NCBI GenBank assembly: GCA_963707985.1
Contig: CAVPRW010000042.1
Coordinates: 32,001-96,000 of the forward strand
Length of the DNA stretch: 64,000 nucleotides
Reading direction: 5' to 3'
Source: an uncultured Nitrospinota bacterium
GTDB taxonomy: Bacteria > Tectomicrobia > Entotheonellia > J063 > CAVPRW01
Positions 40,761 through 50,261 of the stretch are shown here, in pieces; within the stretch, counting starts at the first letter, position 1, and each line of letters starts with the position of its first letter. Below the pieces are notes generated by a model. That model ran no database searches. It was not told the DNA's origin and saw nothing but the letters and a program-made list of their open reading frames with translations. The position numbers and the translations under genes were made by a program.

Positions 40761-42005
40761 ATGGCACCCGACGCCCTTACCGGCTACCGCATTCTCGACT
40801 TCGGCACTGCCTTCGCCTCACCCATGGCGGCGCATCTCCTGGCAGACATGGGTGCCGAGGTGATCAAAATTGAGTCACATACCCGGCTGGATGGCCTACG
40901 CCTGGGCCGCCCCATTGTGGGAGAGGACATCGCCGGCGGCGACCGGGGGGAGTGGCCGGAATATCAACCCGTCTTCCACGGATTGAACCGCAGCAAATTG
41001 GGGATCACCGCTAACATCAAGCATCCGGAAGGGGTGGCGCTCCTCAAGCGCCTGGTCCGTCTCAGCGACGTTGTGATCAATAATTTTGCCCCAGGGGTCA
41101 TGGACCGCTCTGGGTTAGGATATGAGACGTTACGTGCTGAGAAGCCGGACCTGATCTACGTCTCACTCCCGGCTGCGGGCGAGAGCGGCCCGTTACGGGA
41201 TATCGTCACCTACGCGCCAGTGATCGCCGCCCTGGCTGGCATCAGCGGCCTGGTCGGCTACTCGGGCGACCGGGAAGATTTCGTGGGGACGTTGCAGGTG
41301 GCCTTCTGCGATGCGGTCGGAGCTTTGCACGCTGTCGTCGCGATATTGGCGGCCCTCCGGCATCGCCAATCGACAGGGGAGGGACAGGCAATCGAGATTG
41401 CGCAATGGGAAGCGGCGGCTTCCATGTTGGGTGAGGGCCTTCTTGACTATGTGATGAATGGCCGGGTGCTAGGACCTGTCGGTAACGCTCACCCCTCAAT
41501 GGTGCCATATAACAACTACCGTTGTGCCGGAGACGATGCCTGGGTGGCTATTGCCATACGGTCGGAGGATGAGTGGCGTGCCTTCTGCCAGGCCACTGGC
41601 CATCCGCAGTGGGCCAACGACGCGCGTTTCGCCGATGCGTACCTGCGGCGACAGCACCGCGCCGAGCTGGACGCCTTGATTACCGAGTGGACTAGCCAAC
41701 ACACTCCTTACCAGGTCATGGAGAAACTGCAGGCTGCTGGCGTGGCCGCCATGCCGGTGATGAATCTAGAAGATCAGTTCCGCGACCTGCATCTGCGCGA
41801 GCGGGAGATTCATGTTGAGTCTGAGCATCCCAAGGTGGGACTTGAGTTCTTGCACGGCATTCCCTGGCGCCTCAGCGATACCCCTGGCCGCATCTCCCGC
41901 CCCGCTCCCTTGCTCGGCGAGCATAATCAGTATGTCTTTGGTGAGCTCCTCGGCTTATCCGCGGCGGAAATTCAGCAGCTCGTGGCGGCGGGTGCAATTC
42001 ATTAA
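40761..42005 (+). CDS. Family III (CaiB/BaiF) CoA-transferase
   Basis: LADMGAEVIKIE, LNRSK, NFAPGVM, AFCDAVG, PAPLLGEHN. Confidence 0.92.
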   Translation: MAPDALTGYRILDFGTAFASPMAAHLLADMGAEVIKIESHTRLDGLRLGRPIVGEDIAGGDRGEWPEYQPVFHGLNRSKLGITANIKHPEGVALLKRLVRLSDVVINNFAPGVMDRSGLGYETLRAEKPDLIYVSLPAAGESGPLRDIVTYAPVIAALAGISGLVGYSGDREDFVGTLQVAFCDAVGALHAVVAILAALRHRQSTGEGQAIEIAQWEAAASMLGEGLLDYVMNGRVLGPVGNAHPSMVPYNNYRCAGDDAWVAIAIRSEDEWRAFCQATGHPQWANDARFADAYLRRQHRAELDALITEWTSQHTPYQVMEKLQAAGVAAMPVMNLEDQFRDLHLREREIHVESEHPKVGLEFLHGIPWRLSDTPGRISRPAPLLGEHNQYVFGELLGLSAAEIQQLVAAGAIH

Positions 42006-42042
42006 GCTTAATATGATGTCTCTCATTTGCCTTGGGGAACGT

Positions 42043-42840
42043 ATGAGGGCCATTAACGAGGATGAGGCTGAACTCCTTATCGAGGAACACCTCCAGGCGC
42101 AAGGCTGGCACCTCACAGATTGCACTCCGACCCGAAAGCGCTGGCGCGAGCGCCTCGACGGCGAAGAGGTTGACTGCGTCTTTTTATATGAAGTAAAAGT
42201 CGTCGCCATCATCGAGACCAAGAAGTCGGGGAAGCATTTGTGGTCCTCCCGCGATCAGGCTCAGTGCTATTTTAGGACCTACAAGAAGAACACTGGCCAT
42301 GATATCCTGCGATTTTTTGCCAGCGATGGGAGGACCTACCTTCGGCAAAACTTGAAGGCGAACACCGTGCCTGAGTACATCAGTAACTTCCCCACGCCAG
42401 CAGAGGTCGGCGAGCTATTCCGACCTCAAGCCACAGAACTTCACGGTACACTGCGCGAATATCAGCGGATCGCTGTCTCACAGGCGCTTGGCTCAGTGCA
42501 GGCGGGCCGCGGACGGCTGTACGTACAAATGGCCACTGCCACGGGAAAGACCATCACCGCAGCCGGAGTAATCGCTAAGCTCTGGTCGATTGGGTTGGTT
42601 CGTCGGGCACTCTTCCTCGTGGATCGAGATTCCCTGGCTGAGCAGACTAAGAATAGATTTAAAACATATCTTGGCGACAACTTTACGGTTGAACGCGCAA
42701 CCGGTAGTCGAGAGGATCGATATGTCGATGTCCCCGTGACGCCGGTCCAACATCTTGCCGCTCGCAACAAGTACGTTCAATTTCCCGCTGATCACTTCAG
42801 CCTCGTCATCCTTGATGAATGTCCATACTCCTACTTCAGG
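42043..42840 (+). pseudogene. hsdR: Type I restriction enzyme R subunit, N-terminal relic
   Basis: D..IETKK, QAQCY, LREYQ, MATATGKT, LFLVDR..L..Q, ILDECP (DECH lost); truncated. Confidence 0.8.
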
Positions 42841-42859
42841 GATTTGACTCCAAGAGTAT

Positions 42860-43355
42860 GCTCTCTAAGTTCTGTCGCAAGCTGGTCGAGCAGTTCGAAG
42901 TTTCGGCCGTGATTTCGCTTCCCTATGGTGTCTTCAATCCCTATAATGGCGCCAAGAGCAAATCGTTGTCTCCCGTCGCCCGTTGGGTAGGGACGATCGC
43001 CGTATGCACGTTCTTCCAAGGCCTTATGCAGCAAACTTTCACCGGTCAACTCACCGCTGCCAGGGAAGCTGCACACGCGGATCGGATCGCCGCTGAACAG
43101 ACACGGCGCGAGCGGCTACTGCAGCTGGTCATCCTGGACTTCGTACTCGACCGTCAGCGCCACCGCCTTGGTGAGCCAGTCCTGATTACTTCCTTATCCA
43201 AAAGGAGGGGGCGATTGGGCAGTCGCTCTGTCACTTTGTCCCTTACAAGTATGGCCCCTTCGCTAGAGAACTCTATCAAGATCTCGAAGCACTGGCGGCC
43301 GGTGGGCTCATCCCTGGAACCGAGAGCGATGAGGAAAGGACGGAAATCGCTCTAG
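42860..43355 (+). pseudogene. Fused fragments of type I R-M M and S subunits
   Basis: RKLVEQFEVSAVISLPYGVFNPYNGAKS (HsdM-like) then FQGLMQQTFTGQLTA (HsdS C-terminal helix-like). Confidence 0.6.
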
Positions 43356-43443
43356 ACCCCTCGAAGGAAACAACGGTTCAGGCAGTGATCGTCATACTGC
43401 CCGAAAGTCTCCGGGCCGACGTTAGGTTGGGAGTCCAAGAGTA

Positions 43444-43656
43444 ATGCACAAGTACGAAATCATTATCTATTGGAGCGATGAGGACCAGATTTTTGTGGCG
43501 GACATACCGGAGCTTCCTGGATGCATGGCACATGGCGACACGCAAGAGGCCGCGTTAGCACACGCCAAGGAAGCGATTCAATTATGGATCGAAACCGCAC
43601 AGGAGTTTGGTGACCCAGTGCCAGAACCTAAAGGTCGGCGTCTGATGTTAGCATAG
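43444..43656 (+). CDS. hicB: HicB family antitoxin (short form)
   Basis: YEIIIYWSDED..FVADIPELPGCMAHGDTQEAAL..GDPVPEP. Confidence 0.92.
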   Translation: MHKYEIIIYWSDEDQIFVADIPELPGCMAHGDTQEAALAHAKEAIQLWIETAQEFGDPVPEPKGRRLMLA

Positions 43657-43794
43657 CCATGGCTGAGTCTAATATACCGCTGCCGTAGGCAGCGTTTGAC
43701 AGGTAACGGGTGCACCTGCGTGATTTGACGGGTTTCAACCGTTCTCCTTTTGGGGTTCGTATGCCCATCTCACCGTCGTGTGGAGGATAGATAG

Positions 43795-44517
43795 GTGCCA
43801 GATATCAGACGGCAGATCATCGCACTTGGCGGCGGCGGATTCGGAGTGGACGCAACAAATCTGGTGCTCGACCGGTATATCCTAGCGCAGGCACGTGTAT
43901 CGGATCCTGCAGTGGCGTTCGTGCCTACCGCGAGCGGTGAGTCCGATAACTATATCGTAAGATTTTATGCGGCCTATCTCGGGCTGCCGTGCCGCCCTTC
44001 GCATCTGGCGTTCTTCCGGAGAACGCCGGACCTGAGGTCCTACCTGCTGGCTCAGGACGTGATCTATGTCGGCGGCGGAAACACCAAGAGCATGTTGGCG
44101 GTGTGGCGGGAGTGGGGCGTTCCAGACCTGCTCCGAGAGGCGTGGGACTCAGGCATCGTGTTGGCCGGGATTAGTGCCGGAGCCATTTGCTGGTTTGAAC
44201 AGGGTATTACCGATTCCTTCGCGGATCAACTCAGGGTCATCGGTTGCCTGGGGTTTCTTCCCGGTAGCTGCTGTCCTCACTACAGTGGCGAAGCCGAGCG
44301 TCGTCCCTCATTTCATAGGCTGTTACGCGAAGGAGAGATCGCCCCGGGCTTTGCCATCGATGATGGTGCGGCCATCCACTATAGGGACGACCAGATCCAC
44401 CGCGTCATTGCCTCCCGCGTGGGGGCTTCGGCCTACCGTGTGCACTTGATTGGTGCAGAGGTACGCGAAGAACGGATGCCGGTCGAGCACCTTGCAGCTG
44501 TGACCCCAGGGGCATAA
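43795..44517 (+). CDS. Peptidase E (S51 family)
   Basis: PTASGE, IYVGGGNT, GISAGA, CPHY. Confidence 0.9.
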   Translation: MPDIRRQIIALGGGGFGVDATNLVLDRYILAQARVSDPAVAFVPTASGESDNYIVRFYAAYLGLPCRPSHLAFFRRTPDLRSYLLAQDVIYVGGGNTKSMLAVWREWGVPDLLREAWDSGIVLAGISAGAICWFEQGITDSFADQLRVIGCLGFLPGSCCPHYSGEAERRPSFHRLLREGEIAPGFAIDDGAAIHYRDDQIHRVIASRVGASAYRVHLIGAEVREERMPVEHLAAVTPGA

Positions 44518-44802
44518 GGCACGACGATCGTCCAGGTGGTTGGGGGGTTGCAGACCATCGATGGCGGTGAAGCCGACGACAAAATTGTAGCGGTGCTGGA
44601 AAATGACAATATCTGGGGACAGGTGACCAAGATCGCTGACTTGCCTGAGATCCTTTTCGAGCGCCTACGCCACTACTTCATGACCTACAAACTGGTACCC
44701 GGCAAGCCCTCGCAGTTCTCTATTGAGAAGGTCTATGGCTGTGAGGAGGCGTTTACTGTGATCGCCGCGGCAATTGAAGACTATAACGAGGAATATGGTT
44801 AA
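44518..44802 (+). pseudogene. ppa: Inorganic pyrophosphatase C-terminal fragment
   Basis: GGLQTIDGGEADDKIVAV, HYFMTYK; N-terminal half absent. Confidence 0.8.
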
Positions 44803-44858
44803 TGATGGTCAAGTCCACGCGAGTGTGAGCGGGACCATGTAGAGAGGGAGATGTTGCC

Positions 44859-46301
44859 ATGGCCACACGCAGTGCGGAAGCCTACACCAAGAGCTTGCAA
44901 GACAGTCGCATGGTCTATTACAAAGGGGAGCGGGTTGCGGATGTCACCACACACCCGATCCTCAAAACCGCAGTTGAGCATGCTGGCCTGGAATATGAGC
45001 TCACCGAAGATCCGATGCATCGAGAGGTACTGACCTATACCCTACCTGACAGTAGGGAGTGCTTCAGCCGCTACTTCAAGATCCCCGAGAATGCCGAGGA
45101 TTTACTGCGGCGTCGCGAGATCATCGAGTTGGGGACGCGGAAGGGTGGGACCTTCTTCCTCATCATCAAGGAGATCGGCAGCGACTGTCTGTTCGCCTTG
45201 GATGTCATCAGCCAGCGTATCGATGCCAAGTATGGCACCAGCTATCATGAGCGCGTCATGCGCTACTACGAGCATTGCCGCAACCGTGACCTCGCCATGG
45301 CCGTGGCGCAAACGGACGTCAAAGGGGATCGCGCGCTGCATCCCCATCAGCAGGAGCATCCCGACTACTACGTGCGTGTCGTGGATGAGACCAACGAGGG
45401 CATCGTGGTACGTGGGGCAAAAGCCCATACGACAAACACCGTGTGCGCCAATGAGTTGATGGTGATCCCCACGCGCACCCTTGGTCCGGAGGACCAGGAG
45501 TATGCTGTGGCGTTTGCTGTGCCGATGGATGCCAAAGGGCTCAAACTGATTGTCAGCCCGTTCAGCCATACCGATCACAATACTTTCCACCACCCTGTCA
45601 GTGCCCGGCATCACCTATTGGAAACGCTAACAATCTTCGACGATGTCTTTGTGCCCTGGGATCGTGTCTTTCTCAAAGGCGAGTGGGATTTTGCTGGGCC
45701 GCTGGCACTGACCTTTGTGCAGTTCCATCGCTTCACCGCCGTGTCCTACAAGGCACCCCTACTCGATTTCTTCGTGGGAGCGGCGGAGCTGGTCGCCGAG
45801 ACCAATGGCATTCGACGAGCAGCGCACGTGCGTGAAAAGCTCGTCAAGCTCATTGCGTATGCGGAGACAGTGCGCGCGCTCACCAAGGCTGCGGCTTGGG
45901 ACTGTAAACTGTTGGATGGCCGCATTGCTGTGCCTGATCCCGTTACCACCAATATGGCCAAGTGGTACTTCGCCAATAACTTTCATCAGCATGTCGCCTA
46001 CCTGCAAGACATCGCCGGTGGACTCCTGGTCACAGGTCCAGCCGAGGAAGACTTAAAGAACCCCGAAACGGCGGGGTATATTAGTAAATATCTCGGCGGG
46101 AAGAAAGGTATCCCAACCGAGGACCGTCTCAGGCTCTTTAATTTGATCCGTGACCTTACTACCTCTGACATCGGCGGCTACAACGAGATCCTCTCCATTC
46201 ACGCTGAGGGTTCCCTGGAGGCGCAAAAACTGACCATTGCGATGGAGTACGATACTAAGCCGTCGGTGGAGTATGTGAAGGGATTGATCGGGCTCAGCTA
46301 A
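44859..46301 (+). CDS. 4-hydroxyphenylacetate 3-hydroxylase (HpaB)/4-hydroxybutyryl-CoA dehydratase family flavoprotein
   Basis: AQTDVKGDR, GIVVRGAKAHTT, IFDDVFVPWDRVF, DIAGG. Confidence 0.88.
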   Translation: MATRSAEAYTKSLQDSRMVYYKGERVADVTTHPILKTAVEHAGLEYELTEDPMHREVLTYTLPDSRECFSRYFKIPENAEDLLRRREIIELGTRKGGTFFLIIKEIGSDCLFALDVISQRIDAKYGTSYHERVMRYYEHCRNRDLAMAVAQTDVKGDRALHPHQQEHPDYYVRVVDETNEGIVVRGAKAHTTNTVCANELMVIPTRTLGPEDQEYAVAFAVPMDAKGLKLIVSPFSHTDHNTFHHPVSARHHLLETLTIFDDVFVPWDRVFLKGEWDFAGPLALTFVQFHRFTAVSYKAPLLDFFVGAAELVAETNGIRRAAHVREKLVKLIAYAETVRALTKAAAWDCKLLDGRIAVPDPVTTNMAKWYFANNFHQHVAYLQDIAGGLLVTGPAEEDLKNPETAGYISKYLGGKKGIPTEDRLRLFNLIRDLTTSDIGGYNEILSIHAEGSLEAQKLTIAMEYDTKPSVEYVKGLIGLS

Positions 46302-46476
46302 ATCGCTCACCATACGGTGCTTCTAGGTCGGCAGCGGTGGACTGCGGCCTGCCCAGCTCGCACCAGCCGTTGGCTCTTTGGTTGGCGCCCGCAACCTACT
46401 GAGAGGTGTGTACTGTCGTATTGCGATGACGTCAACCCCGGATTACAGAATTGGAGGTCCGACTTATTCACCGTGT

Positions 46477-46845
46477 CTACAGTGGCTCCTCCGAGTTAAC
46501 TGCAGGGCTCTGGGAGGTGTCCGGCTTTTGCGCGCTCGCACACTGCTGGAGCCCCCACTCGCACATGGCATCTACCACCGGTCTGAGGCTTTCCCCCAAG
46601 GGGGTTAGGGAATATTCGACTTTGGGAGGGACCTGTGCGTAAACCTGGCGGTGGACGATGCCATCTTGCTCCAGCTCCCGCAGTTGTTGGGTGAGCATTT
46701 TCTGGGTAATCCCTGCGACCGCCCGAAACAGCTCGGAAAAGCGTCTCTCTCCCTGAAAAAGTTGCCAGAGGATCAAGACCTTCCATCGCCCCCCGATGAT
46801 GTCGAGAGTCCTTTCCGCGGGGCATTGCTGACTTTTCCGTTGCAT
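46477..46845 (-). CDS. HxlR family transcriptional regulator
   Basis: [36 protein letters not shown]. Confidence 0.95.
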   Translation of the reverse strand: MQRKSQQCPAERTLDIIGGRWKVLILWQLFQGERRFSELFRAVAGITQKMLTQQLRELEQDGIVHRQVYAQVPPKVEYSLTPLGESLRPVVDAMCEWGLQQCASAQKPDTSQSPAVNSEEPL

Positions 46846-47160
46846 ACGTACCTCCCTCGTTTCAGGACCCTGTCAGTCTTAGCGGCTGCCCCTTGACAGA
46901 CCATGTTCCTGTGACACACCAGCTGGCACGACATTGGGGCTAAGAACACACACACTGGCGGCAAACGCGACGCCATCGGCACCGCAGCCCGCGCGTGGTC
47001 TTAGTTTCCAATAGGTATGTATAATACTTTTAAGTACGTACTTTACAGATTCTACTCTAGATGCTATTCATAAATCTATAGTTTTATGATCCCGGTCCCT
47101 CCGTGAACGCTGTATGAGAGACGATCGGGAAAACCTCTCACGAGAAGGAGAGTAATCGCC

Positions 47161-48222
47161 ATGGCAGGCGTGCTACGATTAGTTGCAAACGAGAGTGAAA
47201 AGTCAACAGGCGCACGCGTCCCTGAGTCTTCTCTCCCGTCGGATGGTGAGCTATTGGACGCCTATTCGCGAGCGGTCATCGATGCGGCGGAGAAGGTCAG
47301 CCCCTCCGTCGTGAATATCGATGTCGGTCAAGGGCCAAAGAGACATCAGGGAGGCGATGTGCATCGCCCCCCCGAGACCCGTGGTAGTGGGTCCGGGTTC
47401 ATCTTTACGCCCGATGGTTTTATCATGACCAACAGCCATGTGGTGCATGGGGCCAGTCGGATTGAGCTGACCTTGTCGGACGGACGCCGCTTTCAGGCCG
47501 ATCTGGTCGGCGATGATCCGGATACGGATATCGCCGTCGTCAGGATTCATGCGTCGAACCTCGTACCGGCGCCGCTGGGAGATTCACAAGCGATTCGCGT
47601 CGGGCAGGTGGTGATTGCCATTGGCAACCCATACGGCTTTCAGTGCACGGTTACGGCTGGCGTCGTGAGCGCGCTGGGTCGTTCGCTCCGGTCCCGGTCG
47701 GGTCGGCTCATCGATAACGTCATCCAAACCGATACGGCGCTGAACCCTGGTAATTCAGGTGGTCCACTGGTGACCTCACGCGGCGAAGTCATCGGTGTCA
47801 ATACGGCGGTGATCCTGCCGGCACAGGGGCTGTGTTTTGCAGTGGCCATCAACACGGCTACGTTCGTGGCCGGACGTCTGATCAAAGATGGTAAAGTGCG
47901 GCGCAGCTATATTGGGATCGCTGGTCAAAACGTCCCGCTACCACGCCGTCTCACGCGTTTTCACAATTTGCCGGTAGAAGGAGGCATGCTGGTCACCTCT
48001 GTCGAACCGGGAAGTCCGGCCCAGAGCGCCAGGCTCCTTGAAGGTGATGTCATCATCGGCTACAACGAACATGCCATTGGTGGCAGCGACGATTTACAGC
48101 GGCAGTTGACCGACACACAATTGGGCGCCAAGGCGCGGTTGACGGTTATTCGACGTACTGAGAAACTGGTACTCGAGATCGTCCCCGAGGAATCGCGACC
48201 CCGAGGACGTGAAGGTCGATAA
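47161..48222 (+). CDS. HtrA-like trypsin protease with one PDZ domain
   Basis: GSGSG, TNSHVV, DTDIAV, NPGNSGGPL; AAGGAG RBS. Confidence 0.93.
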   Translation: MAGVLRLVANESEKSTGARVPESSLPSDGELLDAYSRAVIDAAEKVSPSVVNIDVGQGPKRHQGGDVHRPPETRGSGSGFIFTPDGFIMTNSHVVHGASRIELTLSDGRRFQADLVGDDPDTDIAVVRIHASNLVPAPLGDSQAIRVGQVVIAIGNPYGFQCTVTAGVVSALGRSLRSRSGRLIDNVIQTDTALNPGNSGGPLVTSRGEVIGVNTAVILPAQGLCFAVAINTATFVAGRLIKDGKVRRSYIGIAGQNVPLPRRLTRFHNLPVEGGMLVTSVEPGSPAQSARLLEGDVIIGYNEHAIGGSDDLQRQLTDTQLGAKARLTVIRRTEKLVLEIVPEESRPRGREGR

Positions 48223-48229
48223 GTGCTTG

Positions 48230-48262
48230 TTGACAACTATACCGTCCAGACGGTATAGTTGT
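48230..48262 (+). promoter_or_regulatory. TetR promoter with overlapping operator
   Basis: TTGACA-18 nt-TATAGT overlapped by ACAACTATACCGTC-ca-GACGGTATAGTTGT. Confidence 0.85.
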
Positions 48263-48265
48263 GAT

Positions 48266-48862
48266 ATGGTGAAACAACAACGTTCCTCGACACAGACCAT
48301 TGATCTCATCCTCACCGCGGCTGAGCGGGTGGTCATGCGTGACGGGGTGATGCGTCTGACGATCGACGCCGTCGCGCGTGAAGCCAAGGTAAGTAAGGGT
48401 GGTGTGTTGTACCATTTTGGAACAAAGGAAGCATTGATCCAGGGTATGCTTGAGCGCCTGATCCACTATTGCGAGCGAGAAATGGCGGCGCATCAGCAGC
48501 ATGATGGCGAGCCAGGGAGGTGGACGCGCGCCTACGTGCGGAAGACGTCGGAACCGATGTTAGCCTATCCGGGTGAAGCAAATTTCCCGCGTTCCAAAGA
48601 GGTGGGAGCGGGATTGGTCGCCGCAGCCACTACTAATCCTCGGCTCCTCGATCCACTTCGTGAGCGCTTCCAGGCCTGGCAACAGGCGATCGAGTCTGAC
48701 GGTATCGAGCCGGCACGTGCGACCGTCGTACGCCTGGCGGTCGATGGCCTCTGGCTAGCTGAGTTGCTGGGTATCTGGTCCTTGGATGGGACGCTCCGCC
48801 AACAAGTCCTGGACGAGCTCATCCGGCTCACCAGGGAGACGCATCCGACCAGGAAGCCATAG
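48266..48862 (+). CDS. TetR/AcrR family regulator
   Basis: LTIDAVAREAKVSKGGVLYHFGTKEAL, RLAVDGLW. Confidence 0.95.
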   Translation: MVKQQRSSTQTIDLILTAAERVVMRDGVMRLTIDAVAREAKVSKGGVLYHFGTKEALIQGMLERLIHYCEREMAAHQQHDGEPGRWTRAYVRKTSEPMLAYPGEANFPRSKEVGAGLVAAATTNPRLLDPLRERFQAWQQAIESDGIEPARATVVRLAVDGLWLAELLGIWSLDGTLRQQVLDELIRLTRETHPTRKP

Positions 48863-49036
48863 TGCTCATACCGTTTCACCGGGGCCGTCATCTCGACGGC
48901 CCCCATCATCCCGTCAGCTCCCCCTAGCGATGTGCTCGGCACCCCGAACGAAAGCCAGGGCGTATGCTTCGATACGCTATACGAGCGTGGGCGAGGTGAC
49001 CCTAGGGTCATCCTCCTCTCGGTAGGACCGAATACT

Positions 49037-50261
49037 ATGAAAGTACCGTGGTACCGGGCCTTACTTTGTGTCCTCGCTGGATGGTGCCTACTGCTGAGCG
49101 CCTGCCAGCAACAGCAGGCCGCCGCGCCCCCTCCTCCGCCGCCGAAGGTGACCGTGAGTCAACCGGTCGTGCGCGATGTCGTTGAGTGGGATGAGTATAC
49201 TGGGCGACTTGAGGCGGTGGAATCGGTCGAAGTTCGTGCTCGTGTCAGCGGCTACTTGCAATCGGTGCACTTCACCGACGGCGCCATCGTGAAGAAGGGG
49301 GCCTTGCTTCTTCGTGATTGACCCGAGGCCGTATCAGGCCGAATTGAACCGCGCCAAGGCCACATTAGAGCAGAGCCATCGCTCGGCACGAGCGTACCCA
49401 AAAGGATTATGCCAGGGCCCAACAATTGGTCAAATCTCGCGCCATCTCTGAGGAAGAAGTGGACACCCGGGCCGCCGACCAGCGTGAGGCCCAGGAGGCC
49501 GTCCAGGCAGCGCGCGCCGCAGTCGAAGCGGCACGGCTCAATGTCGAATTCACCGAGGTGCAAGGCTCCCATCAGCGGTCGTATTAGCCGCCATTTGGTC
49601 ACCCAGGGCAACCTCATCAATGGGGGAACGGCGGAATCCACGTTGCTGACCACGATCGTGTCGCTCGACCCAATATACTGCTACTTCGAAGCGGATGAGC
49701 GCTCATATCTCAAGTACGTTCATCTGTCGCGGACTGGAGAGCGTCCCAGCTCCCGCGAGGTGCGAAATCCCGCCTATCTGGCGTTGGCGAATGAAACGGG
49801 ATTTCCGCACCAAGGCTATATCGATTTCGTCGACAATCGGCTTGATCCGAATACGGGCACGATGACTGGACGGGCGGTCTTCCCCAACCCGGACCCGAGC
49901 TTGACCCCCGGTCTCTTTGCGCGCGTCCGTATTCCAGGGAGTGGCAAACGATACGGCGCTGCTGCTCCCGGACGAGGCCATCGGCACCGATCAAACGCAG
50001 CGCTTCGCTTTCGTGGTCGATGACCAGAACACCGTGGAATACCGCAAGGTAGAGCTGGGACCGCTCATCGACGGTCTGCGCGTGATTCGTAATGGACTGA
50101 AGCCGGAGGATTGGGTCATCGTGAACGGCGTGCAGCGGGTGAGAACAGGCGCCAAGGTCGACCCCCAGGAGCAGGCCATTCCGCAGGACCACATGCTACC
50201 CAGCGGCCCGAGCGACCGTCGCCAAGCCATAAGCCTGCGACAGAGGAGCCAGGCGGCATGA
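49037..50261 (+). CDS. RND efflux periplasmic adaptor (frameshifts near 49315, 49560, 49950)
   Basis: Lipobox LSAC, VEVRARVSGYL, APISGRI, DNRLDPNTGT, VNGVQRVR across three frames. Confidence 0.9.

Noticed and set aside
44859..46301. Call as abfD (4-hydroxybutyryl-CoA dehydratase)
   Set aside because: Fe-S ligand cysteines are not present at the expected motifs
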